From NCBI GenBank assembly GCA_032718475.1, contig JAUCBJ010003870.1, positions 1 to 64,000 of the forward strand: 64,000 nt of DNA. The letters are read 5' to 3'. The translations under genes and the position numbers were made by a program. The DNA is from Nemertoderma westbladi (taxonomy: Eukaryota > Animalia > Xenacoelomorpha). Of the stretch, positions 39,521-51,116 are shown piece by piece. The notes beneath the pieces were generated by a model that saw nothing but the letters and a program-made list of their open reading frames with translations, did not search any database and was not told the origin of the DNA. Each line of letters starts with the position of its first letter. Position 1 is the first letter of the stretch.

Positions 39521-40499
39521 TTTCGCTAAGGAATCGGATATCGATATCCCTCGATAATTGTCGCACATTAAAGGGTTCCCCTTCTTGTATAATATGCAGA
39601 GTTTGTTGTACGTCCAACTCGTTGGGAGCGCAGTGGCATGGAATATGGTGTTAATAATCATTGTTATGAAGAGTTATGTAGTACATATCTGCAAAGTTTC
39701 AGCTTGAACGGATTAAAAGCAAAGAAATGCGAGAACATTTAATGCTTAGACATTTAGCCCTCTAGCGGGAGACTGTTTAATTTATGGTCACTGAAAGTCA
39801 TTAAAAATCTAAACTTTTGGTCATATTGAATCCTAAAAATTTTCAACTCGTCAGCTTTAAATCCTAGACAAAGTTATTAGCATGTAGAAATGGTAACGCA
39901 GATGACAACGACAACTACAGTACTTGTATCAGTTTGCTACGGCTCTGCCGTGCGCCTTTGAGTTGGTATGCAGATTGGGTTGGGGGGGGGGGGGGGGGGG
40001 TGAAGGTGAGAAACTGCTAGTCCTCTCTTCTTTGATTTAATGGCGGTTTAGTTTAATTCTTAAATACCGTTCGAAATTTGTGTCTCATAAATGAGCCTCA
40101 CGTGCTTCGCGAAGGCCCCACAAACTTGAATTCCCAATAGGTCTATAGCAGAAGCCTACCTACCTACCTATAACTGATAAGCCTAGCCTATGCAATAATG
40201 GTAATATGCAAACAACAGCCTCTAATGTACTGCAGTAATGTCTTGTTAACAAAGGGCCTACTAGAAGGTCTTCTTCTTCTACCTACAGTTCTACTGTAGT
40301 AGGCCTTGCTTATTTCTTACTCTGAACATACTGCACTGCCATATACGGAAGCCCATTACGGTCACCATGTTTATAAAATATTAAGGGGGGGGGGGGGGGG
40401 GTAGCACCCCCCTATTTTGGAAATTGACAAAATTCTATTCTATTCTATCATGTGCCTAATTTAATGGAGATTACAAATCTGCAAGCAGTTTTCTCATAT

Positions 40500-41393
40500 C
40501 TTTTCTTAAACTCTCGCGTCTCAAACAGACTACAGTGTCCAAGAATGCAGTTAAGGCTGCATCTAGGTCCCTGAAAAGGCAGTACTCTGTTAATCTACAG
40601 GCGCTAATAAACCAACAGGTTGATGCCATCAATATGATGCTGATGACAGCAGGCAATCATCCCAAGCATGGAAATCGATTAACTTGCTTACTGGCGGAAA
40701 AGCCAACCAACCACCAAGGTTAAGGCTGAATAACCAGCCGATCGCCTCAATGGTTGGAAGGTCCACTTTGAAAAGCTCATCAATAATGACAGGATATTGC
40801 CTGATAACTTTATAGAAGTAAAAATGTCTGAGTCTGTACTCCCAGATATTCCCATTGGCGATATCTTCTTTGCAGAAGTGAAGGCTGCTGCAAAGAGCAT
40901 TAAGACCAATCGTGCCAGTGGAGTAGATGGTGCTCCCCCTGAGGTCTTTAAAATACCTGAGTGCTTAAAGCTCTTCTATCCCATCATAGTAGACATGTAC
41001 CGAACAACAAGAGTCCCACAAGAAATGAAAACAATTAAGTTGGTGCCAGTTCCCAAGAACTGCAACCTAACACTCTATGGTTCTCTTCGGGGAATTTCAT
41101 TGATGTCGATTGCTGCAAAGCTACACAATAGAATTCTATTAAATCGCATCAGGGATCCCATTGAGAGACTGATCCGTGGAAATCACAATGGGTTCCGTAA
41201 AGGTCGTGGGACCATGGAGCCCATTTTGGCACTTAGAAGGATAATTGAAGAGTTATCAAAAAAGAAAGACAGGCATCTGGCTGTTATCTTTGTTGACTTC
41301 TTCAAGGCCTTTGATTCAGTCTCTCGCTCACATGTATGTTCAGCATACTTTCATTATGTGGGATTCCTGATGAAATTATTGCAGCAATCAGAT
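40500..41393 (+). mobile_element. RTE LINE, RT N-terminal part (left half of a split element)
   Basis: RASGVDG.PPEVFK, VPVPK, RGISLMSIAAK..NRILLNRI, NGFRKGR and FVDFFKAFDSV motifs; continues at 61298. Confidence 0.9.
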
Positions 41394-41728
41394 GGGTGCT
41401 GGTCACCTCGCCGCACTGCCACTTCGCTGCAGGTCACCTCGCTGCAGATAATGTGCGGTGAGGTGTCTTTGCGGCGAGGTGTCTCACTGTGAATGCCATT
41501 TCGCCGCAAATTATCGGACACCTCGCCGCAAGTCAATATTAATCATTTATTTCTATATTTTAAGTTTCTATATTTAAGAACATTACATTTGTAATTAAGA
41601 TTTAACATAAACATACAGTATTACTGTATTAACCTTATTACATTATGTTGCCTTACTTCCGTTTCCGTACTTAGTACATGTACGTAAATAGTTATTGTTA
41701 CAGTACATTATGTCAACTTAACAGTGTT

Positions 41729-42284
41729 AGTAGTAGAAGAAGAATGGCCCCCCACCCACTCCTCCATAGCTTGGGCTATGGGCTATATCTCGGAAGACTA
41801 TTAAAAATTCAATTTCCGGTGCTAAATTGCGGTGTTTAATTGGTGCCATCTGTCACCATCAGTATTGATTCGCGCCGTTGCCATCAACCAATCGTTGCAT
41901 ATTCACCTACGCATAGCCTAACCTCGCGATGCCTGCCTTACTCGACAGCTGTTACCACCCGTCAGTATTGATTCGCGTCGTTGCATCAACCAATCGTTGC
42001 ATATTCATCTTCGCGTAACCTAACTTCACGATGCATGGCTAGCCCCCACACATACCCACCCCATCGCTACTCGACTGCTGTTACCTACCAACCAACCAAC
42101 CAACGGTGATGCTTGCTTGCCTAGCCCTCCGGTTACTCCCCTTTTCCCCAACGCTCCGCATACTGTATATGATGACAACGATGATAGAGCCAGTCACGGA
42201 CGACGTGGCCATCTACGCGCACCACGCATATACCACGCCACGCCTCGCTATTATATTATATCGATTGCCAACTCATCGATTTAC
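41729..42284 (+). repeat. Polinton left TIR
   Basis: Reverse complement of 59759-60316; contains two ~100-bp-spaced copies of CAGTATTGATTCGCG...CAACCAATCGTTGCATATTCA. Confidence 0.95.
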
Positions 42285-42504
42285 GCAGAACCCAATAATT
42301 TTCAATTGTACTGTATTTCCCTACCAACGAATCAACCAACCAATAAACCGATTTTAGGCTATTTCTCAGTTTAAGACCTGTATTATTTTTGAAAATATCT
42401 TATATATATAATCCCTTGCTTTAATCACAATTAATCATTTATAATGGTTTTAGTTTAAAAGTTTTTACTTTGTTTGTTTGATTTACAATAAAATAAATTA
42501 AATA

Positions 42505-42948
42505 ATGTCTTCTGATTCCGATATGGTTATGCCTGTAGTAAGGCATTCATTTTTTGCAGAAGATGGTGAAGCCTATATTGTTATTGATTATACAATTTAC
42601 CGTCGAGGAGATGATAAATATAAAATCGATTTTTCTGAAAAAGCTAGGAAAGTTTTAAGCTCAATTGATATTGATGCTTTTGAAAATAGCATTCATCTCT
42701 TAGATTACAACCTAAAAGTTGATCATGTGGGAAAATTAATCAACATCTTACTATTATCCATGATAGAGGGGTTAATTGTTATTACACAATACAACGAAGC
42801 TGGTGAAAAGTTTGAAATACGGCTAAATCGGCATAACCCCTATGAAATTATGTCTTTCTTTATTGTAATGATTTCAAAAGAATCCTTTGTCGAAACTGAA
42901 GAATCAACAGATAATGTGGAATTTGTTGATAATATCATTGATTCTTGA
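42505..42948 (+). CDS. Polinton hypothetical protein (147 aa, acidic)
   Basis: Intact ATG ORF just inside the TIR; no recognised motif. Confidence 0.55.
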   Translation: MSSDSDMVMPVVRHSFFAEDGEAYIVIDYTIYRRGDDKYKIDFSEKARKVLSSIDIDAFENSIHLLDYNLKVDHVGKLINILLLSMIEGLIVITQYNEAGEKFEIRLNRHNPYEIMSFFIVMISKESFVETEESTDNVEFVDNIIDS

Positions 42949-43128
42949 CTTTTCCCTCTATATTATAAATATTTTATGATTATTTTTAAAATTTTGATCT
43001 TTTTAATTATGAAAAAAAATCAAATTTTAAATAATCGAAAATTGTAGTAGTATTTGTATATACAGTATATCAGATTTGTTTGTTGTGTATTGAGGTAATT
43101 ATTTTCAATTTACTTTAAAATTTGGAAA

Positions 43129-43580
43129 ATGGATATTTTAAATGAAAAATGTCCAGTTTGCTATTCTAAGTTATTGCAACAGAGATTATTATAAATGTGA
43201 AAATAAACATGCAACTTGCGTACGATGTATTGTACAATATTCCGAAATGAATAATTATTGTTCTAAAATTTGTCCTATTTGTCGCGCACCCATATCTAAG
43301 TTAAATATGAAATTGGCGAGATACCAACCCTATTATATACTACGAAATATAACGAAATATAAGAAATATTTCTGCGGAAAGTAATGATCCTGGAGATTTA
43401 TTTACAATATTGGAGAATATTTTTTATAGAAATGTAGTACGACGGTGTTGCTACTATGTTCCTTATTTTTTTAGCAGCAAACATAAAAAAATCATTAGCG
43501 CGAAATTCCCAGGAAGTGATTTCCAATCCGCTGATGTTACCTATCATTATTTCGCGTATAAAGATGCTCACCACGCTTGA
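43129..43580 (+). pseudogene. Polinton RING-finger (C3HC4) protein, frameshifted
   Basis: ATG 43129 gives MDILNEKCPVC; the shifted frame continues CENKHATCVRC...CPICR; a probable second shift extends it to ~43580. Confidence 0.7.
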
Positions 43581-43799
43581 AATTACATTGAAAATGAGTC
43601 TATACTATAATTGGAAATAGTACCTTTTGTTGCAGCGAGCGTCACATACTGTAGTTGCGTCATATGTTAATTAAATATACAGTACTCTAATATTGTAGTT
43701 GCATCAATTATTGTTATATACATAGTAATGGTGATGGTTTATTGATATTTATATTATATTATATTATATTGTATTGTTGATATATCTTAATAATAATAA

Positions 43800-44483
43800 A
43801 TGGCTGACTTTAATTCAGGTCCATATAATTTAAACTTTCAAATGGGAACGAGTATGATAATTTCTAGCCCATCTGGTTCCGGAAAGTCTACATTTGTTGG
43901 TAATTTAATTAAACACAAGAATGGTTGTTTCAATGAACCCCCCTTGCGAGTATTGTATTGTTACGGGAGCAATCCCCCAACTATTCCTGGTATTATACAC
44001 CTTTACAAAGGTTTGCCTGAAAATATAGATAGTTTAGTGAATAGTCGAGATTTATTAATTATAGATGATTTATTAACAGAAACTGAGTCCAGTACAGCTT
44101 TAACTGTATTGTTTACTAAGGTAGCTCATCATTCCAATATATTTATTTGTTTTATAACACAAAACATGTTTTACGGAGGGAAGCATAACCGCACAAGATC
44201 AATTAATAGCCATACCTTAGTATTAATGAAAAATCTGCGAGACAGTTTATCGGTTTTAAATTTCGCGAAGCAGATGTTACCAGGGCAGACCAAATTTTTA
44301 GTAGATTCCTATCAAGATGCGACTATTGAACCATTTTCACATTTCTTAATTGATTTACGACAGGAAACACCCAAACATTTAATATTTAGATTGGATATAT
44401 TTCGTAATCATAATTGTTATATTAAAAATTACATTGACTATAAACGTAGCGAAAATAATAATAATAATAATAATAATAATTAA
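43800..44483 (+). CDS. A32/FtsK-like genome packaging ATPase
   Basis: Walker A SPSGSGKS, Walker B LLIIDD, LFTK..HH.N, ITQN.F, R..S.N motifs typical of Polinton ATPases. Confidence 0.92.
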   Translation: MADFNSGPYNLNFQMGTSMIISSPSGSGKSTFVGNLIKHKNGCFNEPPLRVLYCYGSNPPTIPGIIHLYKGLPENIDSLVNSRDLLIIDDLLTETESSTALTVLFTKVAHHSNIFICFITQNMFYGGKHNRTRSINSHTLVLMKNLRDSLSVLNFAKQMLPGQTKFLVDSYQDATIEPFSHFLIDLRQETPKHLIFRLDIFRNHNCYIKNYIDYKRSENNNNNNNNN

Positions 44484-44516
44484 TATTTTGTAACAATTTT
44501 CAATAATGTTGCAACA

Positions 44517-44900
44517 ATGAATAGACTTGTGCAGAAATATCGTAACGAATTGGAATTTCTATGCGGCGCTACCCCTCAACAAAGAACTTATTTTATTAAC
44601 CATACCGCGAGTAACGAATTAATACGGCTCCTTGTAAATACCGCATTAAATGTTCTAAAAGGTAACGTACAATTGACCCCTCATTCATTTAGAAATATTC
44701 GTCGTTATAAAAAGGTATTAAAATCACTCAACCGCAAAACAAAAAATATATCAAGTTACAGAAAAAAGTTAACCAATCAATCTGGTAGCATACTACCGTT
44801 TCTAATACCCTTACTCGGCATTGGTGCGAAACTCGCCACGAGTGCTGGCACCGCTGCCACTGGAGCGGCTATTGCGAAAAAATTTAACCGCGGACGGTAA
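44517..44900 (+). CDS. Conserved small Maverick virion-type protein
   Basis: ALNVLKGNVQL....R.YK..L..L and Q.G.ILPFLIPLLG pattern recurrent in metazoan Mavericks. Confidence 0.7.
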   Translation: MNRLVQKYRNELEFLCGATPQQRTYFINHTASNELIRLLVNTALNVLKGNVQLTPHSFRNIRRYKKVLKSLNRKTKNISSYRKKLTNQSGSILPFLIPLLGIGAKLATSAGTAATGAAIAKKFNRGR

Positions 44901-45132
44901 TAATGGTTAAAACGGGAGTAACATTTAGAAAATTATATTTAGTATCGAGTAAACCGTTAGCTACTGATTTAAAACCTCAAGATATACCATACCTAGAGTA
45001 AATACTATAAAAAGAAAACCCTTTAAAACATAAACTTCAAAGAAAATAAAAATAAAAAAATTTCAGCTGTTTTTACGGTGATGCCCTTTATAAGAGATTT
45101 GAATATACATATTACTTGCGGTTGTCGAAAAG

Positions 45133-46222
45133 ATGCCACGCAAGATGAATCCGATTTTAACCCGAAGCTTAGACAAAAAACTGTTAAGAATTTATTTAGA
45201 TCCATCATCACCTGCGGGTTTTGCAAGTATCGCAAAATTAGCAAAAGCTGCAAACATCAAACCAGCTCAAGCCCAGAAATGGTTGAGCGGGCAAAAGACA
45301 TACTCCCTTCACGCACCACGTAGACATCGTTATCCAACATCTAAAATATTTACGGGAGGGTTAAAAGATATATATATGATAGATCTGGTGGATATGCAGC
45401 AATATAAATCACAAAATAATAATTATAACTATATATTAACATGTATTGACGCATTTAGCCGGCTTGCTTTTGCCTATGGTATGAAAACAAAAACAGGTAT
45501 TGAAATTATTAGTATATTACAAAAAATATTCCAGAAAGGTAAACCAAACAGAATCGCGACTGATCAAGGGTCTGAGTTTCTAAATAAATCTGTAAGGAAA
45601 TATTTAGATACTATTGGTGTACATTATTACGTAATGTATTCTGTGAATCGATCTATTGTCGAGAGATTCAATAGAACATTAAAAACAAAAATTTTCAAAA
45701 TTTTCACACAACGGGGAAATAATGTTTGGATAAAAATTTTACCGAAGCTCATTTTTGCTTATAATAGGTCATTTCATAGGACAATACAAATGACACCCAT
45801 TGAAGTTAATAAATTTAATGAAACTGAATTAATTAATTAATAGATTATATGGGAAATATAGACAGATTAATCACAAGAAAATAAAATTTAAAGTTGGAGA
45901 TAGAGTACGATTATCTATCGCGCGTACTGCTTTTGCTAAAGGCTATCGATAACAATGGACACGTGAATTAGTTATTATTCATCAAGTCAGATTGGATAGA
46001 GTACCAGCAGTAATGTTCGATATTAAGGACAGTGCCGGTGCTATAATAAATGGTTCATTTTATTCATACGAACTCCAAAAGGTCCACCCGAGTAGTAATA
46101 TTTATCTTCCGATTGACAAAAATATTGGCAAACTTAAAGAACGTGTGCGCAATGGGAAAAAAGAATATTTAGTCCGATTCATTGGATCCAAGAAACAGTC
46201 GTGGGTACAGCATATTCAATAA
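45133..46222 (+). pseudogene. Retroviral-like (rve) integrase with chromodomain-like C-terminus; frameshift near 45835 and a stop near 45950
   Basis: DLVDM, CIDAFSR, TDQGSEF and VERFNRTLK DDE core; then FKVGDRVR...FAKGY*.WT.E and KEYLVRF.G....SW. Confidence 0.92.
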
Positions 46223-46491
46223 GTTTAGGTTTATACTGTATATTAATTCATTTTGGTCACATATGACTGTAATTAATTAATCAATATTAACTCAAATGAT
46301 ATTACTATACTATACTGTAAGTCTAATATCTATAGTTCATTCGCTTTAAATAAAGCCAGTAAAATATTGATCCCTCCCATATACTGTAGAAGCGGTAATG
46401 AACGTGGTCACAGATGTCTATAATTTAACATTATACCGTACTGTATGTACAAAGGAGTCAAGTAGAGAGAGCTTAAATAATAATAATAATA

Positions 46492-47328
46492 ATGGCTGTA
46501 GATACATATATCACTCTACTTTCAGATAGCTCATTAAACACATACCCCAATAATAACCCTAGTGAGTTTACTGTTGATTTAGCTGAAGAATTATATATTG
46601 GTTCAAACGCTAAAATTGGACTCGCCGAGATACAATACCAAGCAACATACAGTAATATTACTCTGCAAACTCAAATCTCGCTGTCAATCGGGGTAGATGC
46701 AAAAGATGCCAAATTATACAGTTTATTTCCTGGTATGCATAGCTCTATTCAAATCATTATTGATGATATAAATAAACTGTTTAATTCTGAAGCGAAATAT
46801 AGAGATTTCGAATTCATTTTTAATGCAAATAATTCTAGAATTAAATTTAAATTTCCTAAAAAGTTGAAAAAAATACAATTAAGTCTACGTGGTGATTTAC
46901 TACAAATTCTAGGCTTAAAACAGTTATTGAATCAGAATCATCCAGGTATTCCGAATTGGGATATATACAGTACCACTACAGTGGATGAATTAAGCAATAT
47001 AGAACAGCCGATATTAATTTTAAATTATAGTAGACCAAAAATTTCGGAAATTGGGATTTTAGATTTTCCAAATCCTACGAATATTACTCGTAATAAAGAT
47101 ACAATCTTCATATATACAGATATTATTAAGAGCTCATTTGTTGGTGACGCTTTAGCTCCGCTCTTAAGAACCTGTCCTTTAACACAATTAAATCGAAAAT
47201 ATATTAATCACGAATACGAGAGCATTTACTATTACCCGTTGTTGAATAAAAAACTAAAATTAATCTTAATTACTTTACGTGACGGCCAAGGTGAATTAAT
47301 TAATTTCAATGGTGGTCGCACTGTGTAA
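46492..47328 (+). CDS. Minor capsid (penton, PX)-like protein 1
   Basis: YITL.S.SS...YP.N..S.F.V.L, GLAEIQY, FIYTDII....VGD..APLLR, YYPL, I.LRD..G..I.F. Confidence 0.85.
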   Translation: MAVDTYITLLSDSSLNTYPNNNPSEFTVDLAEELYIGSNAKIGLAEIQYQATYSNITLQTQISLSIGVDAKDAKLYSLFPGMHSSIQIIIDDINKLFNSEAKYRDFEFIFNANNSRIKFKFPKKLKKIQLSLRGDLLQILGLKQLLNQNHPGIPNWDIYSTTTVDELSNIEQPILILNYSRPKISEIGILDFPNPTNITRNKDTIFIYTDIIKSSFVGDALAPLLRTCPLTQLNRKYINHEYESIYYYPLLNKKLKLILITLRDGQGELINFNGGRTV

Positions 47329-47346
47329 CACTTAAGTTAATACGCG

Positions 47347-48198
47347 GTGGTGATAGATGAGTTCTATGTTAGGCTACCAAGTAACTCCTGTCCAATTGAT
47401 TTTCCTCGTAATACCGGTAGTAATTATCAGATCAATTTCCATGGTGCCTTACCTATAAATCCAAACGAAAACTGGGTGGTAGGTATAAAAAGTATATTTT
47501 ACTTAGCCACTTTACTGTCCATGTATAACAATGTAGAGAATGTTATTTTATTAAAAAAAGGGAAAAAAAATTTTGAGGATACACTTCCATCCGGCTTGTT
47601 CTACAGTATCAATGACATTATAGATTATTATAACACTGGGGCGTTGAAAGATAAATTACAAATAGTTGAAAATACTCAGCAAAATAGGTTGCAATTTATT
47701 TTAGGGAAAACTGTACGAGAGTTATTTATAGGTCAACAATTAGCCTATTATTTTGGAATTACTGAAAATAATCTCGGTGCGAATTTAAATCCAAATTTTA
47801 AAATTATTTTGAAGACGAAAAATAATATAAAGGGTTATTTAATAAAGATTATCGGAAATGAAGAAAAAGCTTACCAGATGGTATTTTTATGTCCTCAACC
47901 ACCCAATTCTATTCCAGAACCTAAGTCGAACATGTACGTGACTACTAATATAATTGAAAATGAATATATTAATGATTTTGGTTTAGCTTTACTTCGTCGC
48001 GTGGTGATACCTGATGACGTGAAATATGGTAGTGTAATAAATAAAGAATTTGCCAAGGATACAATTCATTATATCCCTGTAAAAAAATCATATAAGATAA
48101 CATACATTCATATTGAAATAACAGACAAAGAAGGAAAAGATTTGAATTTTGAATACGGGACAACATCTATTATCTTACACTTTAAAAAAATAAATTAA
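47347..48198 (+). CDS. Minor capsid (penton, PX)-like protein 2
   Basis: FYV.LPSNS....FP.NT.S.Y, W.VG...I.Y, YV.TNIIE......LLR, YIPV, I.I.ITD..G....F..G.T.I.LHFK. Confidence 0.85.
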   Translation: MVIDEFYVRLPSNSCPIDFPRNTGSNYQINFHGALPINPNENWVVGIKSIFYLATLLSMYNNVENVILLKKGKKNFEDTLPSGLFYSINDIIDYYNTGALKDKLQIVENTQQNRLQFILGKTVRELFIGQQLAYYFGITENNLGANLNPNFKIILKTKNNIKGYLIKIIGNEEKAYQMVFLCPQPPNSIPEPKSNMYVTTNIIENEYINDFGLALLRRVVIPDDVKYGSVINKEFAKDTIHYIPVKKSYKITYIHIEITDKEGKDLNFEYGTTSIILHFKKIN

Positions 48199-48199
48199 A

Positions 48200-48769
48200 A
48201 TGGATTCCGATTTATTTCAAAGATACAGTAAACCTCAATATGGTGGTACAGACTCTAATCTTGCTGTTTTTAAAGGTGGTAGAAGTACGAGAGGTTCGAC
48301 GCAAGTTCCTGTTTTTCGAGGTGGTTCATATATTGACCCTTACGGTCAACAAATTGGTGCATTTGGTCCAAATTTAAAACAACGTCGATTTCAACGTTAT
48401 CGTAGAGGTATGATGCGGACAAATCAACACGAGGAAGGTATATTTACAGACGCTTTATCTACATTGAAAAAATTTGGAAAGCCATTAGCAAAAAAAGTTT
48501 TACAAAAAGCTTTACCATCATTTACCACAAAATTTATGAGACAACATGTAATACCAAAAGGTAAGCGGGTCTTACATCAGCAGGCTAATACGGTTATTAA
48601 TAAAGCATTAAATAAAATGAAACCATCAACAAGATCGGTTGTAGAAAAAGTTTATAAAGATTTAAAGCGACCGACTAGACCAATGTCTATGAACATACAT
48701 CATCGTCGTAGTAAAAATAGAAAAATAAAAAAAGGCAAACTGAAACACTGCGAAAAAAGTATTTTTTAA
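48200..48769 (+). CDS. Basic core-like virion protein with repeated xxGG motifs
   Basis: QYGG, FKGG and FRGG resemble adenain cleavage sites; Arg/Lys-rich; lies between penton and MCP. Confidence 0.6.
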   Translation: MDSDLFQRYSKPQYGGTDSNLAVFKGGRSTRGSTQVPVFRGGSYIDPYGQQIGAFGPNLKQRRFQRYRRGMMRTNQHEEGIFTDALSTLKKFGKPLAKKVLQKALPSFTTKFMRQHVIPKGKRVLHQQANTVINKALNKMKPSTRSVVEKVYKDLKRPTRPMSMNIHHRRSKNRKIKKGKLKHCEKSIF

Positions 48770-48771
48770 TA

Positions 48772-50031
48772 ATGTCAATTATTAAGGAATTAGATTTATT
48801 TTCTACACAGCCAATACAGACTGAATTTAAAGCAAAGCATTATGAAACAATTTACCCGGTATCTAATCTCAGAAGCGAGTCTAGGGAAGTCACGTTCCTT
48901 GTACCAAGATCCAATAAATTCTATACGAAACTGCAAGATGCATTATTAATTACAAAATGTACTGTACGGTAGGATAGACGACTTGAAAACTCCCATATTT
49001 ATATGTTGAATTATCCTTCTGGGACTATGTGGAGTGATATTAAAATAGACCTTAATGAGAAGCAGGTTGAAAATAGCAATAACCATTATTTCTACAAGTC
49101 GTACTTATCCAATTTACTATTTACAACATACGAATCTAAAAATGGGCTACTGGGGGCCGGCGGCTTTCGTCAGCCTTTATCCAAACACGGAAATGAAATT
49201 AATCCCAGCGCGCATCCTATTGGCGATGCCTTTAGTAAACAAATGCAATTTGTAAGTGGATTGACGATTGATTTTGATACTGAAAGTAAAATAATACAAC
49301 CCGGGTATGATTTAAGAATGCATTTTAGAAAAGTATCAAATTCGTTTATTTTTAAAATCACTCCAAATGCAAACGCTGTGACAAATCTTCGGCTAGAATT
49401 AAATGAAGTAAAGATCCTAATCCCTAGAATGGAGGTTAATCCCGTAATAGAAAGCAGTCACCTAAAAGGTTTAGAGAGTTACGATATTGAATATCAATTT
49501 CAAAAAAAAGAAGTTACTACATTTACTATTCCTGCTCAAACCACAAATTACACCCAAACAAACATATTTGATGGTAAAAAACCCAAATTAGTTATTATCG
49601 GTTTTATAACAAATAATGCATATTCGGGAGAATTAACTAGTAATCCCTTGAAATTTGAACATTTTAACCTTAGACGCGCGGAACTGATTGTAGACGGTCT
49701 TCCAGTAGGTGGTGTAATATACGAGCCTAATTTTACAGATGGAACATACATTTTTGAGTATACACAATTAATGAAGAACATTAATACATATATTAACGGT
49801 TATGGAGGTAATAATATAGACCATGAAACTTACTTAGGTAATTGTCCACTCATTTCCTGGGACCTAACCACCGACGGCTATGTTAGAGATCCTCAACCAT
49901 CGATATATACTAATGGACAATTAAAATCAAGATTTGCCGAACCGTTGGTTGAGACCATAAATGTAATCGTTTTTAATATTTATGATCAATCATTAAGTTT
50001 AAATAGCAGGAAAGAAATACATATCGATTAA
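48772..50031 (+). pseudogene. Major capsid protein (PY, double jelly-roll), one in-frame TAG at 48970-48972
   Basis: ELDLF...P.QT N-terminus, Y.YKSYL..LL, N.F.G..P..VIIGF..N.AY.G....NP..F.HF, DLT.D; both ORFs are in the same frame. Confidence 0.92.
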
Positions 50032-50033
50032 GT

Positions 50034-50490
50034 ATGTTATCTACAGAGGAACTTGATATGTTTCCAGTGGGTGGTCACTATTTGGGGGCGTTTCCATCTA
50101 ATAAATTACCTAAATTAGATAATAATAAGCGGAGAGACTATGGGTTAATAGTAAATACCGATAAAGAGCATCTACCAGGTGTTCATTGGGTAGCTATATA
50201 TATATATACGAGATAATGATGCTGAATTATTAAATTCGTTTGGACCAAAATATCCAAACAGATGTATCGAAAAATAGCTTGAGAAAAATTCAGCAAGGTG
50301 GTGTACTACCCGCAAACAATTTCAAGACCCTAGAAGGACCACATGTGGGTTATACTGTCTTTATTACTTGGTAAATCGAATTCACACAAACTATCCAATG
50401 AGAGCGTTTACAAATAATGTGGAAATAAATGAAATAATATTATATAAATGGCTTGTTAATTACTATAAAATAAACCAACAAGCGTTGTAA
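50034..50490 (+). pseudogene. Adenain-like cysteine protease (PRO), frameshift in a (TA)n run plus a stop
   Basis: VNTD....PG.HWVA; the shifted frame gives NSFG and QFQ.....TCGLYCLYYL. Confidence 0.9.
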
Positions 50491-50534
50491 TTAATCATTT
50501 AACTTTTGTTTATCTAAATATATTATCAGATAAA

Positions 50535-51116
50535 ATGGATAATATTATTTTTGTTGATTTTCAATATTATACGATAGACAATAAGGAATATCCGGTAGTA
50601 TTTAAAGAATTTGCTATATTCGATTCTAATTACACCAAAACTAATGTAAAGACGTTTTTAATTAAAGGACCTCCTAATATTAAGTTATCAGCATTAGATA
50701 AAGCCCATGTAAACAATTTACGGGACATGACTTCACATTTACCTTGGGATTACGGCGACATTTCGTAAGATGACTTGAAAAAGTACATGAAGAGACATTT
50801 AAAATATAAAAAAAATATATATGTATTTGGGTTGATGAAGCAGGCAATATTAATTTCCCAACTTGATGTACTTGCTCCAAATTCGATGGAGAAATTGGGA
50901 ATATATCAACGATATTACAACTATTTAACCCCATGCCCCTTCCACGATCAATTGACTACAGTAGAAAATAAATGCGCTTACCACTTAAACACAAAGGATA
51001 ACTGTCTGCAGTACTGCTCTGCAAAACGTGTCGGAGGGTATGAAATGAAGCGATTAACTGAGACTGTTGATAAACAGAAAGAAATAACTGTGGTGGAAGA
51101 TGTACTCGTACAGTAG
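50535..51116 (+). pseudogene. Maverick-associated DEDD/DnaQ-fold-like protein with Cys/His tail; in-frame TAA at 50766-50768
   Basis: VDFQ...F.KE.A, H.L.W..G.I, IYV.G..K, C..H...CS.K.V pattern; both ORFs are in the same frame. Confidence 0.6.

Noticed and set aside
42106-42374. ORFs inside the Polinton TIR (mirrored at 59639-59938)
   Set aside because: The frames differ between the two TIR copies; no recognisable protein
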